Shown: positions 25,986-37,503 of the stretch, piece after piece
Numbering within the stretch: the stretch's first letter is position 1
How the letters are laid out: each line of letters begins with the position of its first letter
DNA from: Podarcis gaigeae
Taxonomy: Eukaryota
Length of the DNA: 64,000 nucleotides
Reading direction: 5' to 3' (one strand)
Assembly: GCA_964106915.2 (NCBI GenBank)
Contig: OZ066919.1
Position numbers and translations under genes: made by a program
Notes under the pieces: generated by a model
Databases searched by the model: none
The model's input: the letters and a program-made list of their open reading frames with translations, nothing else
Told to the model about the DNA's origin: nothing

Positions 25986-26459
25986 CCTTAATCTCCCTTA
26001 ATCGTTACAAAATGTTCAAACAAAAACAGTGGTCCAAAAAAAAAGAAAGAAGAAATCTTGCAAAATGTGATCTTTGCATGCAGTTACTCGCGGAGAAGAG
26101 GAAATCACAGGCCTGCCCCAGGTGTGAAATGGAGAGGTCTAGTTCCTCGCTGCCCACTCGTCCTGTTGAACTCATCCACCACTGCTAGGATGCTGTTTTT
26201 AAAAATGATCTCTAACTTGGGACCTCGCTCCATATAATAAAAGGCCGTGCAAAACATGTCTACAACCCGCTTCCTTCCCATTCTGCAATATGCATGCACG
26301 CGCACACACCTCACCCGCGTTTTGCCCTAACTTTCTTGTGCAATAAACCCCATCTCCTTCCCAGGCACCATAAACACAGGGGCGGGGGGAGTTACAGCCC
26401 TTTATTGGCACTTTCTCTTATTCCCCCTCCCCCGCGAAGCAATTCTTTTTTGCTCCCTT

Positions 26460-26840
26460 TCCTATAATGGGGACGGTGTGTGTGTGACGGGCTGGTGGGG
26501 GATTTAATTAAGGATAATTAATAAAGGTGTGGGCGGGGGAGGGTGACTCGCAAAGCCATAGACAGGCGCGGGAAGAAGAACCTGGCGGCGAGATGAAAAC
26601 ATGAAACACCGCCCCCCCCCCCAACAAGCCCGCCGGGAGCTGGGCTGCGCGAGCTGCTTCTCCAGCTGCGAGTCAGCTGACTGGCTGCGAGCTGTCAGCC
26701 GGGCTTGGGAGCGCGGGCCCCGCCCCCCCGGCTACCCCAGGAACTCCGCGCCCGGGCCGCGGTTGGTCGGCGCGCCCCCGCCGGCCCCGCCCCTCGCGCA
26801 TATAAGTAGAGAAAGCGAAGGCGCGCCGAATCACAGCTGT
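26460..26840 (+). promoter_or_regulatory. MAFB: MAFB proximal/core promoter
   Basis: CArG box cctataatgg 26461-26470; GC boxes near 26531, 26718, 26785; palindrome agtcagctgact 26671-26682; TATA-like tataag 26801-26806; probable TSS near 26833 (acagctg, matching my recall of the mammalian MAFB mRNA start). Confidence 0.8.
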
Positions 26841-27619
26841 TCAATCGGCGCTGGAGGCAGCGGCCGCGAGCCGAGCGCAGCTTGCCGAGGAGTGGGCTGC
26901 GCGCGTGTGAGAGAGAGAAGGTGCTGTTCTTTTTTTTTCCCTTTCCCCTCCTCTTCCTCCTCCTCCTCCTGCTGCTGCGCTCTCTCCTTCCCGGCCTCCC
27001 TCCCATTTCCCAGAGCGATCTCAACTCTGCACACAAAAAGCAGCAACTGCAACCAGCCGCCCTTCTCTGCTGAGCAGCAAAGCGAGCGAAAAGTTGCTCC
27101 AGGTCGCGAAGGGAAGCCGGACTTACAAACCAGAGACTGAATCTGAATCCTTGCAGATCGCTCGTTCCCCCGTCTCTCCCTGCGAGGGGAAGCAGCGCGC
27201 GCACGTACGAACAGCTTCGAAGGATTTTCCTCCCCCCTGCATTCTTCCTTTTCAAAAAAAAATCTGCTCTTTTTTTGCCAGCGGGTTTCTGGCAAGCAGG
27301 AGAAACTGACAGCTCTCTCTCTCCTTGCATTGTATCGCCGGCACCGTTAGGGCGAAGGAGAACGAAGAGTCGCGGCCCCTCGAGGGAGAGAGAGAGTGAG
27401 TGTCTCTCTCTCTGGCTCTGGCTGTCTCCGGGACTTGGCTTGGCTGCGGCGAAGCGGCGGAGAAAGTTTCTTCCGGGCTGGCTGGCAGCGCGGAGGGTTG
27501 GAGTGTGGAGTGAGCCGACGAGGCGGTGAGATCCGTCCTCCTCCTCGTCGTCGCCGTCGTGGTCCCCTCTCCTCTCTCCGGCGGGAGAGGAGGCTCTTCC
27601 CCCCGCGGAGCCCAGCGCG
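26833..27619 (+). other. MAFB: MAFB 5' UTR (~790 nt, no upstream ATG)
   Basis: Interval between inferred TSS and ATG 27620; manual scan found no ATG. Confidence 0.65.
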
Positions 27620-28594
27620 ATGGCTGGCGAGCTGAGCATCGGCCCCGAGCTGCCCACCAGCCCCCTGGCCATGGAGTACGTCAATGACTTCGACCTGATG
27701 AAATTCGACGTGAAGAAGGAGCCCCTGGGCCGAGCCGACCGTTCGGGCCGCCACTGCACGCGCCTGCAGCCCGCCGGCTCGGTGTCGTCCACCCCGATCA
27801 GCACCCCCTGCAGCTCGGTGCCGTCGTCGCCCAGCTTCAGCCCCACCGAACAGAAGACGCACCTGGAGGACCTCTACTGGATGGCCAACAGCTACCAGCA
27901 GATGAACCCCGAGACGCTCAACCTCACTCCGGAGGACGCGGTGGAAGCCCTCATCGGGTCCCACCAGGTGCCCCAGCAGCTCCAGGGCTTCGAGAGCTTC
28001 CGGGCCGCTGCCGCTCACCACCACCACCATCACCACCAGCATCACCATCACCAGTACACCGGGGTCCCCCACGAAGACCTGTCGGGCAACGGGCACCCTC
28101 ACCATCACCACCATCACCACCCTCACCATCACCAGGCGTCGCCCACCCCTTCCAACGCCTCCAGCTCCTCCCAGCAGCTCCAGAACACTCACCAGCCTCA
28201 CCCATCGTCCTCGTCTTCGTCCTCCTCGTCCTCCAGCAGCGTGGAAGATCGGTTCTCCGACGACCAGCTGGTGTCCATGTCCGTGCGGGAGCTCAACCGG
28301 CACCTGAGGGGCTTCACCAAGGACGAGGTGATCCGCCTCAAGCAGAAGAGGAGGACCTTGAAGAACAGAGGCTATGCCCAGTCTTGCAGGTACAAGCGGG
28401 TCCAGCAGAAGCATCACCTGGAGAACGAGAAGACCCAGCTCATCCAACAGGTGGAACAGCTCAAGCAAGAGGTCAACCGGCTGGCCAGAGAAAGAGACGC
28501 CTACAAGCTCAAGTGCGAGAAACTGGCCAGCAATGGCTTCCGAGAGGCCGGATCCACCAGTGACAACCCGTCTTCTCCCGAGTTCTTCATGTGA
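27620..28594 (+). CDS. MAFB: Transcription factor MafB (large Maf bZIP), single coding exon, 324 aa
   Basis: [35 protein letters not shown]-terminus, S/T/P-rich transactivation domain, His tracts, [34 protein letters not shown], basic region [18 protein letters not shown], leucine zipper; SUMO motifs VKKE and LKCE; residues fit MAFB rather than MAF, MAFA or NRL. Confidence 0.98.
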   Translation: MAGELSIGPELPTSPLAMEYVNDFDLMKFDVKKEPLGRADRSGRHCTRLQPAGSVSSTPISTPCSSVPSSPSFSPTEQKTHLEDLYWMANSYQQMNPETLNLTPEDAVEALIGSHQVPQQLQGFESFRAAAAHHHHHHHQHHHHQYTGVPHEDLSGNGHPHHHHHHHPHHHQASPTPSNASSSSQQLQNTHQPHPSSSSSSSSSSSSVEDRFSDDQLVSMSVRELNRHLRGFTKDEVIRLKQKRRTLKNRGYAQSCRYKRVQQKHHLENEKTQLIQQVEQLKQEVNRLARERDAYKLKCEKLASNGFREAGSTSDNPSSPEFFM

Positions 28595-31157
28595 GTCCTT
28601 AAAAAAACAAAAAACCCCACCAGCCAACCGAGATATGTTTCTCCCCCTACCCACCCCCCACCTGCTCCCCAGTTGTCGTCCCCCCTCTCCCATCCTCTGA
28701 CATCTCCATCCATCCTACCCTCTTGAGCTGAGAGTCAGAAGAGCAACCGAGGGGCCTGGGAAGGGGGTGACGCGTTGGCCTGTGTAATCCGTGACTCTGC
28801 TAATCTTTGCAGATCCTTGTCTTCCTCTAGATGAGCTGCGAAGATCCAAGCGGGAGGGGAAGGGTCGCAACTTTTTCATCTTAATTGGCCAGAGAGAGAC
28901 AGAGATGTGTAGAAGAAAGAGAGAGAAAGAGAGAGAGATGGGGCGGAGGGGGTGGGATGGGGAGAGAAAAGTAGGTGGGGAGGAGGAGAAAAGGACTGTT
29001 TTAAACAAACACACACACACAAAAATGTTTTATACGAATCGGTTGCTTGCTTGTAGAACTTTAACCTGGACTTTGCAAAGCAAAACGATGGGCACTGGAC
29101 AAGCCATCTAGAATTACCTGCTTTGGAGTGGTTGTTGTTTTATAAACGGAAGGAAGAAAACAAGAGAGAAGGGAGGAAAATACCCAATTTACCTGGAAAA
29201 AGAGGAGAGGACAATATATGCAGACTCCTCATATATTGCCTGCCTATGAGAAAGTGACAGAATTCAGATGGGACGTTGCCATGCGAGAGAGAAGGGAGGG
29301 AGAGGAAAGAAAATGAAAACTCCTCGGTTTTATTGCCTGCTTGATCATATAGGGGATAAAAATACGGGAAAAATCTGCATTAAAAATATTAATCCTGCAT
29401 GCTGGACATGTATGGTAACTTCTATTTTGTACCATTTTTCTTGTTTAAACTTTTCGCATGTTGTTGATCATCGATCATATCTTCTTTTTCTGTTCCTGTT
29501 CGTTCCCCCCCCCCTTTTCTTTTCAATGAGTGAGGAAATGTCACGAGTATATATATAAAGCCCTCTTTTTTAACTGCTCATGCAACTGTTTCTCTATATT
29601 TCTTTTAAAAATAAATAAATCTGGGCTCATTCCACCAGGAACTTCTCCTGGGCATGTCCCTTTGGAATGAACAGGGCTGCTCTTGGTGGATTGGGCCCCC
29701 TGTTAGCTTGTAAATATATATCAGCCATATCAACCGGCGCAGGGGGCAAATCACAATAACATTTCAGCAGGCTGGCTTTTGATGGTTTTGGTCGTTCTTT
29801 AGGGAAATAATAAATTTACACACACACACACACACGAGAGAAAAGAGAAATTCTGGGCATTTTGCATTCAGAAAGCAACTTTGTATATTTGGTGCACTTT
29901 GAAAAGCTGTAACTTTAAAAAAAATGTTTTTAGTTTTCATTTTGGTTTTTGTTGGGGCAGAGAAAATGACAAACCTAACCTCCACCCCAATGATCTTAAA
30001 TATACTCTAGAAGTTAACTCTTCCGAAATCAGCGGAGTTGACCTCCCGATCTGTGCGGTTAGAAAGGGCCAAGTTCCCCCTGAATTAAATTGGACTTTTA
30101 CTTCCAAGTATGTGTCGTGGTGTGTCCTTCAGAGAGCGAAAAGGAAAACAAGTAGCCCAGGCAGAATATTATTAATTTTTGACAACGCTTGGATCCCGTC
30201 CTGGGTCTTCACCGCAGTCCCCAGTAATCTTCCGTTTGGGCTACCTGAATTTATCAGACACTCAGGAAAAGTAAGAGATTTTACAACTTGGCGATTACTT
30301 CTCCCCGCCCTCGCAAGCCCCTAGCAACAATTGGCCGCTTCACTTCTTAACGCTGAGAGATGCGAGTCAGTTTCAGTGGCTGCGTCCCGCGCAACTCACG
30401 TGCTCGCGCTCTGATTGGAGTTAAGTTAATCAGTGTAAGAGTAGGAATACATTCTGAATGCATTAAAAAAACCCACACCTCTTATTTTTTTTTTTTAATA
30501 TTGTTTTGGAGGCAGACACTTCGCTTTTTCAAGTATATTCTTTTTTGCAATGTTTAACCTGCTTCTTCATGCAGCCAGTGAGAGTTTAGCCAAATTTCTT
30601 CGCAAATGCTAATACTGTAGTTAATAATCTGGAGTCTTATGGGTGTGTTTATTACTTTTTTCTTCTTCTGGTGTTTTTTTTTTCCTCCTGCAGGTCAGTA
30701 AAAGGATTTTATGTTGCACTGACAAAAATACCAAAATGAAAACCTTTATTTTTTAGTTTTCTTTTAGGGTTTGCTGGCACTGCTGGCCGGATGCATTTTA
30801 AGTTTGTATTAGTTTATAAATTAACAGTAATACCAAGAATCGTGAAAAATGAAGAGCATGGTGCTTGCCGTTTTAAATATTGTGGATATTAATAGTCATG
30901 CATCAGAAAAAAAAAATACCCCTCTGAGCTTTTTGGGTTTTTACGGATTCAACTGTGTTGAAGTCGCAACATTGCAGCAGCAGAGAGAGAAAAAATATTG
31001 TTTTTATTTCATGTAAACGTTCTGAAGGGATCAATTTAAAATCCTGCTTATGATATGAAAAATATTAAAAAAACACCTCTTGGTCTTATTGTAGTTTTAT
31101 TCAGACTGGTTTCTGGTTTTTGTTTGTTTATTAAATTGTTTCATATTTTTGCTTACT
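28595..31157 (+). other. MAFB: MAFB 3' UTR
   Basis: Blocks 29390-29475 and 30690-31155 match my recall of the mammalian MAFB 3' UTR; ends after ATTAAA. Confidence 0.75.
31130..31135 (+). terminator. Polyadenylation signal ATTAAA (alternative at 31064-31069)
   Basis: Lies at the end of the conserved UTR block. Confidence 0.7.
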
Positions 31158-32030
31158 AATATCATTGAAATGGCATTTTCTTTGGAGGGGGTACTTCTTT
31201 CACTACTTGGGGGTTGAATTCTCTCACTACTTGGGGGAAGAAGACATTTGTGACTGTTATTATTATTTGGGTCCAGATTCACCAAATCAGGGGACTGCTA
31301 GAACTCTGTACTTCCAGCCCGATCCATTATCAAAATTCTTCTTTAAAAAAACCTAACAACAATAACATCCTGCAGTCTGAGAAAAGGTGTATTTTCTCGG
31401 AAGTAAGTTTTAACGTGTTAAAAGGGGATCTCTTCCACATAAATGCCCTAAGATGGTAGCCTTAGTCCCAGACACTTAATTTCAGAGGCAGCATATATAT
31501 ATCACTGTGCTTTAACCTGTATATGATAGATCAAGTTGAGGTCAAATGATGATTTCAGCAATATCGTTGCACCAAGTTGTGCTTTGGTCTTCATAATATT
31601 CGAGTTTGTCTGGAACTGAAATTCTCATTTCTTATTCTAAAAGCATTTAACTTGGAAGCGAGCATATTTGATTTTAATGAGAGCTTCCATGGAAAAAGTG
31701 TTCCGGCTCAGGATAGAACATGGAAGTTTTCTGGCTTGCTTTAGTCCAACCTTTCAGCGTCCTTAAATGAAGGGACCACAGCATTAAGGGGGGGGGGGAA
31801 AGATGCCAAGACCACGTCCTTCTGTAAAATGGACAGGCCTCGATGGAACTTTGGCCTGAGCTCAGCCGCACATCACCCTGGTCTCGAAACACCCAGGGAT
31901 CGGGAACTTTTCACTCTCTGCAAAAATCTGTTTGCCTGTGCTGTTTCCAAAGAGCCCCAAACTCTCCATGTGGCTGAAAATAGTTGCTTTTTTCAATTGG
32001 ACTGAAATCCTTCGGCCTGTCTTACTGCCC

Positions 32031-32032
<2 letters not shown>

Positions 32033-32068
<36 letters not shown>

Positions 32069-32109
32069 ACCCCGTCCAATGACACAAAACGTCGAAAGGG
32101 TTAAACGCC

Positions 32110-32154
<45 letters not shown>
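32033..32154. repeat. Paired (CA)n microsatellites (32033-32066, 32111-32154)
   Basis: Direct read. Confidence 0.95.
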
Positions 32155-32158
<4 letters not shown>

Positions 32159-35100
32159 CTTCCACACATCTCCAGTTTCACACCTAAGAGAGGCTGAACC
32201 TAGTCTGAACTGAAATGCTCGGGCCTGACAGCAAGGCAGCTCCGAGGGGTGGCGAAGGAAAGGCTTGCAAGCTTCATCACATCAGGCTTGCGGGGGGGGG
32301 GGTGTCTCTCAGGTGTGGGAAAGGGACCTGCGGCGATCGTGCTGAAACACAGGCCCAAAAGCTTAACAAAACGTATGGATGGGCCTTGTGTATCTGTGTG
32401 TATATACAGAGCGCCATTCCGCTTCCCCGGGGAGGAATGGGGGGCGGGGAGAGAACCTCTTTGTTGTTATTATTATTGATTATTATTTATTCAACAACCC
32501 GCACGCCCCCTCCCTCCCAGGCAAAACCATTCGTGAAACAGAAAGCGCCTAGCGGAGCAAAGCTGACCCAGAAAGCCCCGGGGGGCTACCCCTTGGAAGC
32601 ACCCCGCCCCCCCCCCCCTGATTTGAACCGTCCTTCTCTGCGTTCTCATTGCCCCACAAGCCAAAGTCAGAGTTGTGCCATTCCTGATCTAGCCAGCTTC
32701 ACCTGCCTCCCACAGACCCGTCCCTCGGTTCCCAAGAGGTGATCTTCGCCTCCGCCACTTGCCACAGCAGCTGATTCATGCTTTCACTCCTCCTCTGTTA
32801 ATTCACTAAGTTTAGGCTGATGGTGGAGGTGACTAGAAGAAAAGCCAGTGGCAGCGGTCGATGTCCCCTCCTTCCTGATACAAACAGCTGAGTCGCTCCA
32901 CGCTCAGAATCAGCGCAAGAGTGAAAACTTTTTTTAAAAAACAAAAACCCAGCCATACAGAATTTAATTTGAACCGATTTAGGTACGCTCGAGGTGAGCC
33001 GAAGCTTCCACCTTACTTCCATGGAAAGTGTAGGAAGAAAGGGAGGTACATTTACGCGGAGGTAAGCTCTGTGGGTTTCTGGGGGACACGATAAAAAAAG
33101 AAAAACCTGTCTGTAACTCAGAAGCGAAGCCTCGCTGAGCTGGGCCTGGTTTCCTGGTACGCGCCGTCGGGCTTGCAAGCCTCAGCAGGCTGACTAGGGA
33201 GTCAGTTTCCTTGACCAGCGTGAGACAGAGAACCAGGAAACTTGAAATACACTTCCAAGAGAACGTATGTAGGATCCGGTTGGCAAAAGCTTTCGGGTCT
33301 ATGCCTTCTGCTCTCAAATGACGGGCAAGTTGCGCAGGTAGGGAACTCTCTCTCTGTGTGTGCTTTGGTTTTTAAACAACTTTCCACTCCTTTTCAGAAC
33401 TCAAAGTGGGAATGACCTATTTCTGTTATTCCTCCCGAAACTGTCGTCTTGGAAGGAAGGCCGAGAAGGGGGGGAAGGATCATTATAATAAGGCGTGCGT
33501 GAGAGAAGGGGGTCGGGGATCAGTTAAACCTGTGTGGAGGAGACTCCCACACCGACCGCACTTGCAAGCGGAAGACAAATGCGAAGCTTTGCCTGTGGGT
33601 CGATCATCCCCACCAGGCAGCGAGGGTTGTCAGTATTCGTAAGAAAAATTCCAACCCCGCACTGGCTGCTAGAGAAGGCGGAGAAGAGCCGCTGCCAGCC
33701 CGAAGGAGCAGCATGGAGGAGGGGGCTAGCGAGGGCTTCATTTTTCTCCCCCTCCCCACTTGCCAAGGGAGGCACGCTCGGCCTGTCGGAAGGCCTGAGC
33801 GGAATATTGTTCGTGGGAACTGCCATCGCATATTAATGTTCTCTCATGCATGCACGGAATAAATCACTGCAGCTAATTGAGCAACAATTCCCCCCCCCTC
33901 CAGGAAAACAGGCCTCAGAGAAGTACAAGGAGGTTCCTTTTGAGGCGCCCGGATTCCCATCAAATAACTGTGTCAGTGGGAAGGTTCAAGGGCAGAGGTC
34001 CGCTGCTGTAGGAAGTGTCCTGGCAGCAGCACTCGGCGCTCTTAATAAATGTTAATTTAGCGGACTTTTAAAATTTGATAAAAATCAAAGTATCAACCTC
34101 CTCTAGTTAGGCTTGTGGGATTAAAAAATGAGTGGTGCCGAGGGGGTAGGACTTTCGAGCAGAAGTCAAGGGTCCCGCTCGGGAGAACGAGCAGGAGGAT
34201 CTCCTAACGTAGCGCGAAGTCATAGACATTATTATACCATCTAAGAAGGAAGGCTGGTGCAAGGACGTTAAAGTCAGAGTGTTTGAATTGCCTAACCGTA
34301 GGAGGGCTAGGAACATGGGCAGCCGCATTATATGCCAAGGCAGATCTCTGGTCCATCTACATCAGGTTTATCCTGGGATTACCTGGGATCTCTGGCATGC
34401 AAAGTGCGTGGCACTAAGGCACAGTCCTGCTAAGATCGCTTTGTTTTTGGTGGTGTTCCCCCCCTTTCTTTCTTTCTTTCTTTCTTTTTTTGAGGGGCAC
34501 TCAGTTTTGGGCCTATGGCAGTGGGCGCAAGTTGTCTACTTGCTGACAAACGGAACCGGGAGAAAGCAGGCACATCTTGCAGAGATGCAGTTACAGTATA
34601 ACTCCGACCTCTGCAAATGGGACAGAGGGCGAGTTTCTCAGGCTACAAACCTTGAGGTTCCAATGCTATCAGGCTATCATTGATGTACGCAAAACAGCGA
34701 CTCTCTCTCTCGCTCTCTCTCTCATCCCCCCCCCCTTTATGTAGAGGAGGCTAAACGTGCACGCACGCGCACACATACCCCGACTGCAACCCTATGCACC
34801 ATTGCTCGGAAATCAGGCTTACTTCGGAGTAAGCATGCATAGAATTGAAGCGAGGCGCACATTCTCTAGGGGCCTGTTTCAAAACAGACGCCCCAACAAG
34901 GCTGTTTTGAGATCAAAGGGGAAGTGAAACTTCATGCTGAAAAGGACGGAGGAGGATTCCCCCCCCCCCAGCTGCTCTACAAATTTCACAAGCTTTGTTG
35001 CTATAAAATCACATACAAACACACCATGAACATTTGTGGAAATTGGGGAAGTGACCCTTAAAAAGGAATTTAAACATTCACGTTTTATGGAGACGACCTG

Positions 35101-36018
35101 GTAGCTTTAGCAGGAAAGAAGGAAAGCCAACGCAGCGAATGTGAAATGCTTGTGTCTGTTTGTGGATAGAAAGTGCACCAGAAGTAATTGCAGAGAGATG
35201 GGGTGGTGATGGGGAAGAGAGCGCACTAGTAGAATGGATGTCTGATCACAGGGACCGGATGAAATAGATAAGATGCAGCCCCCAACCTGAGCATGTTTAA
35301 CTCAGAAGTAAGCCCTACCTTATCTAATGGAGCTGACGCGCTATTAAGCAAGGCCACTGAATTCAGCCGGGCTTGCTTCTCTGAGTAGGCATGGTGAGGT
35401 TTGCGCGGAATGTATGTATGCCAAATGGCAGCCTAAGGTTTCTAGAGGCGCAGCTATGGCATGGGAAGAGACATACAGACTCAAATAGACAGACTGTAGC
35501 TGACACAAGATAGGCAGACGCCGCTGTGTACAGACAGACATGCTCACAACTCGGAATACAGACACGATTAGGGTGGGAAAGATATAGTTGAATAAAACTA
35601 GGGTGGTTTGAATTGGCGGGGAGGTGTTATCCAATCTGAGGTTTCTCTCTTCCCCCCACCGCACCCGATTTTCCTTGTGTGTGATTTTCCTCTGCACAGA
35701 AGAGAAGCAGATGAATCCACTAGCAGAGCAAAACTGCAGGCCGCCTCTTCTCGTCCCCTATAGAAAAAAATAAATCACAAATTTCCTGCATCGGGAGAAG
35801 TTCGGCCTTTTCTCTCGTTGCCTGGCCTGGAGTCTCTAGCTGGGTTGTCCACCGTCTTTTCACTCAGCCATTTCGCCTTCTCCACAATTTATTCTCTCTC
35901 TCCCTTTCTCTTTCTCTTTCTCAGACTGGCCTAAGGGCATTCCGGTATACAGTATTTTCTTTCAGTATGTCTCGATAGGTTCTCAGTTCAGAAGAACAGT
36001 TGACACAAGCATCAGCTG

Positions 36019-36166
36019 NNNNNNNNNNNNNNNNNNNNNNNNNNNNNNNNNNNNNNNNNNNNNNNNNNNNNNNNNNNNNNNNNNNNNNNNNNNNNNNNNN
36101 NNNNNNNNNNNNNNNNNNNNNNNNNNNNNNNNNNNNNNNNNNNNNNNNNNNNNNNNNNNNNNNNNN
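36019..36166. other. Assembly gap
   Basis: N run. Confidence 1.
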
Positions 36167-36911
36167 ACAAGGGCTGCCCTTGGGCCCAGTGCTTGCTTTT
36201 ATATTATTAAAAACCAAACAACTACGATACGTTCCGGATTAAGCTCAAGCTTTCAACATCCACTGCTGAAACTCCACGCATGTGATGGAAGCTAGAGACG
36301 GTAACTGAGGACTGAGGGGAAGGCGCTTTTTGCACAAGCTCGGGAACGCAGGGCAGGAATACGCAATCTGAACATAAGCCTCGGGGACGATTCCCATTAG
36401 CTTGTTAGCCTCTCACACAAAACCCCCGCCAATATTGCCAAGCAGCTTGCTTCCACCTTAGACGGGCTGCTGATCTCGATGAACTCTCGGTCCGAGGCAT
36501 CAGATCTCTCCTTGCGGACTTCTTAGCCCCCTGTTCCCTGCGCAGCTTGACCCACGCGCGCGTTCATTTCCTCTTGGCTATTGATTGACAACAAAAATAG
36601 GAAGTGTTGTGCAGAGAGGAAGAAAGTGGCCAGGGAAAGTAAGATGCAAGGGGCGCCATGCGGTAGGGGTGGGAGGGAAGAGAAGGGCCCAGTCACAACC
36701 TCCTTTGTTTCAGATCACGCCTAGTGGTGATATCTCAAGAGCACTTGCTCCCCGGTTATTCTTATGCGGCACACTAAAGTAACCTTCCCCAAGGGAAGAT
36801 CAAGGAACTTTGCTATGAATTTTGTTTCTCTCTTCCGCCCCTTGCAACCTGAAAGGGACCTCTGAGAGGAGATCTACGAGTCCCGCCAGAATCTTTATTT
36901 TGAAGAACTGA

Positions 36912-37079
36912 TGTAGGAACACAGGATGCCAGACCACTGGTCTCTACCCTGACTGGCAGCAGCTCTCCAGGGTTTCAGACAGGGGCCTCCTCAGAGTCTT
37001 ATCTGGAGATGCCGGGGATTGAACCTGGTATCTTCTGCATGCAAAGCAGATGCTCTACCAATGAGCCACGGCCGTTCCC
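36912..37079 (-). mobile_element. tRNA-Ala-like SINE (Squam2-like)
   Basis: gagatgccggggattgaacctgg...tgcatgcaaagcagatgctctacc..gagccacgg. Confidence 0.75.
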
Positions 37080-37430
37080 TGTAGCTCTTCCCCTAGATCC
37101 AGGAAGGCAACGCCACCAGTTCACAGAACGCGGAATAGAATGTCCCAAACATTCTGTAGGTGACGCATTGTATAATGGTCTGGAATTATGATTTAGGACC
37201 CATAAATTAAAGGGGGATAAGGCCTCATCCAAGCCCTTGCTCCTATATGCAGTGTCAGACCTGCTCCAACTCTGCAATTGAACAATAACACATACCAAGA
37301 GCGAGAGCGAGCCTTGGCCCATGTGCAGAGTTCCGCCACTAACCGTAGCCAAGCCTTTCTGATTAATAGTGAGGATCACGTTTCGGCGAGCAGCATATGT
37401 AACTTCCAGGCAGACTTCAATCTACGAAAG

Positions 37431-37463
37431 ACACACACACACACACTCACACACACACACACA

Positions 37464-37500
<37 letters not shown>
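37431..37500. repeat. (CA)n microsatellite
   Basis: Direct read. Confidence 0.95.

Positions 37501-37503
<3 letters not shown>

Larger units (their letters stand above)
26550..28600. promoter_or_regulatory. CpG island over the MAFB promoter and CDS
   Basis: Visibly high GC and dense CpG. Confidence 0.9.

Noticed and set aside
27347-28693. 448-aa antisense ORF over MAFB, plus the 383-aa ORF 26695-27846
   Set aside because: Shadow frames expected from the GC3-rich sense CDS and CpG island; no domain signature
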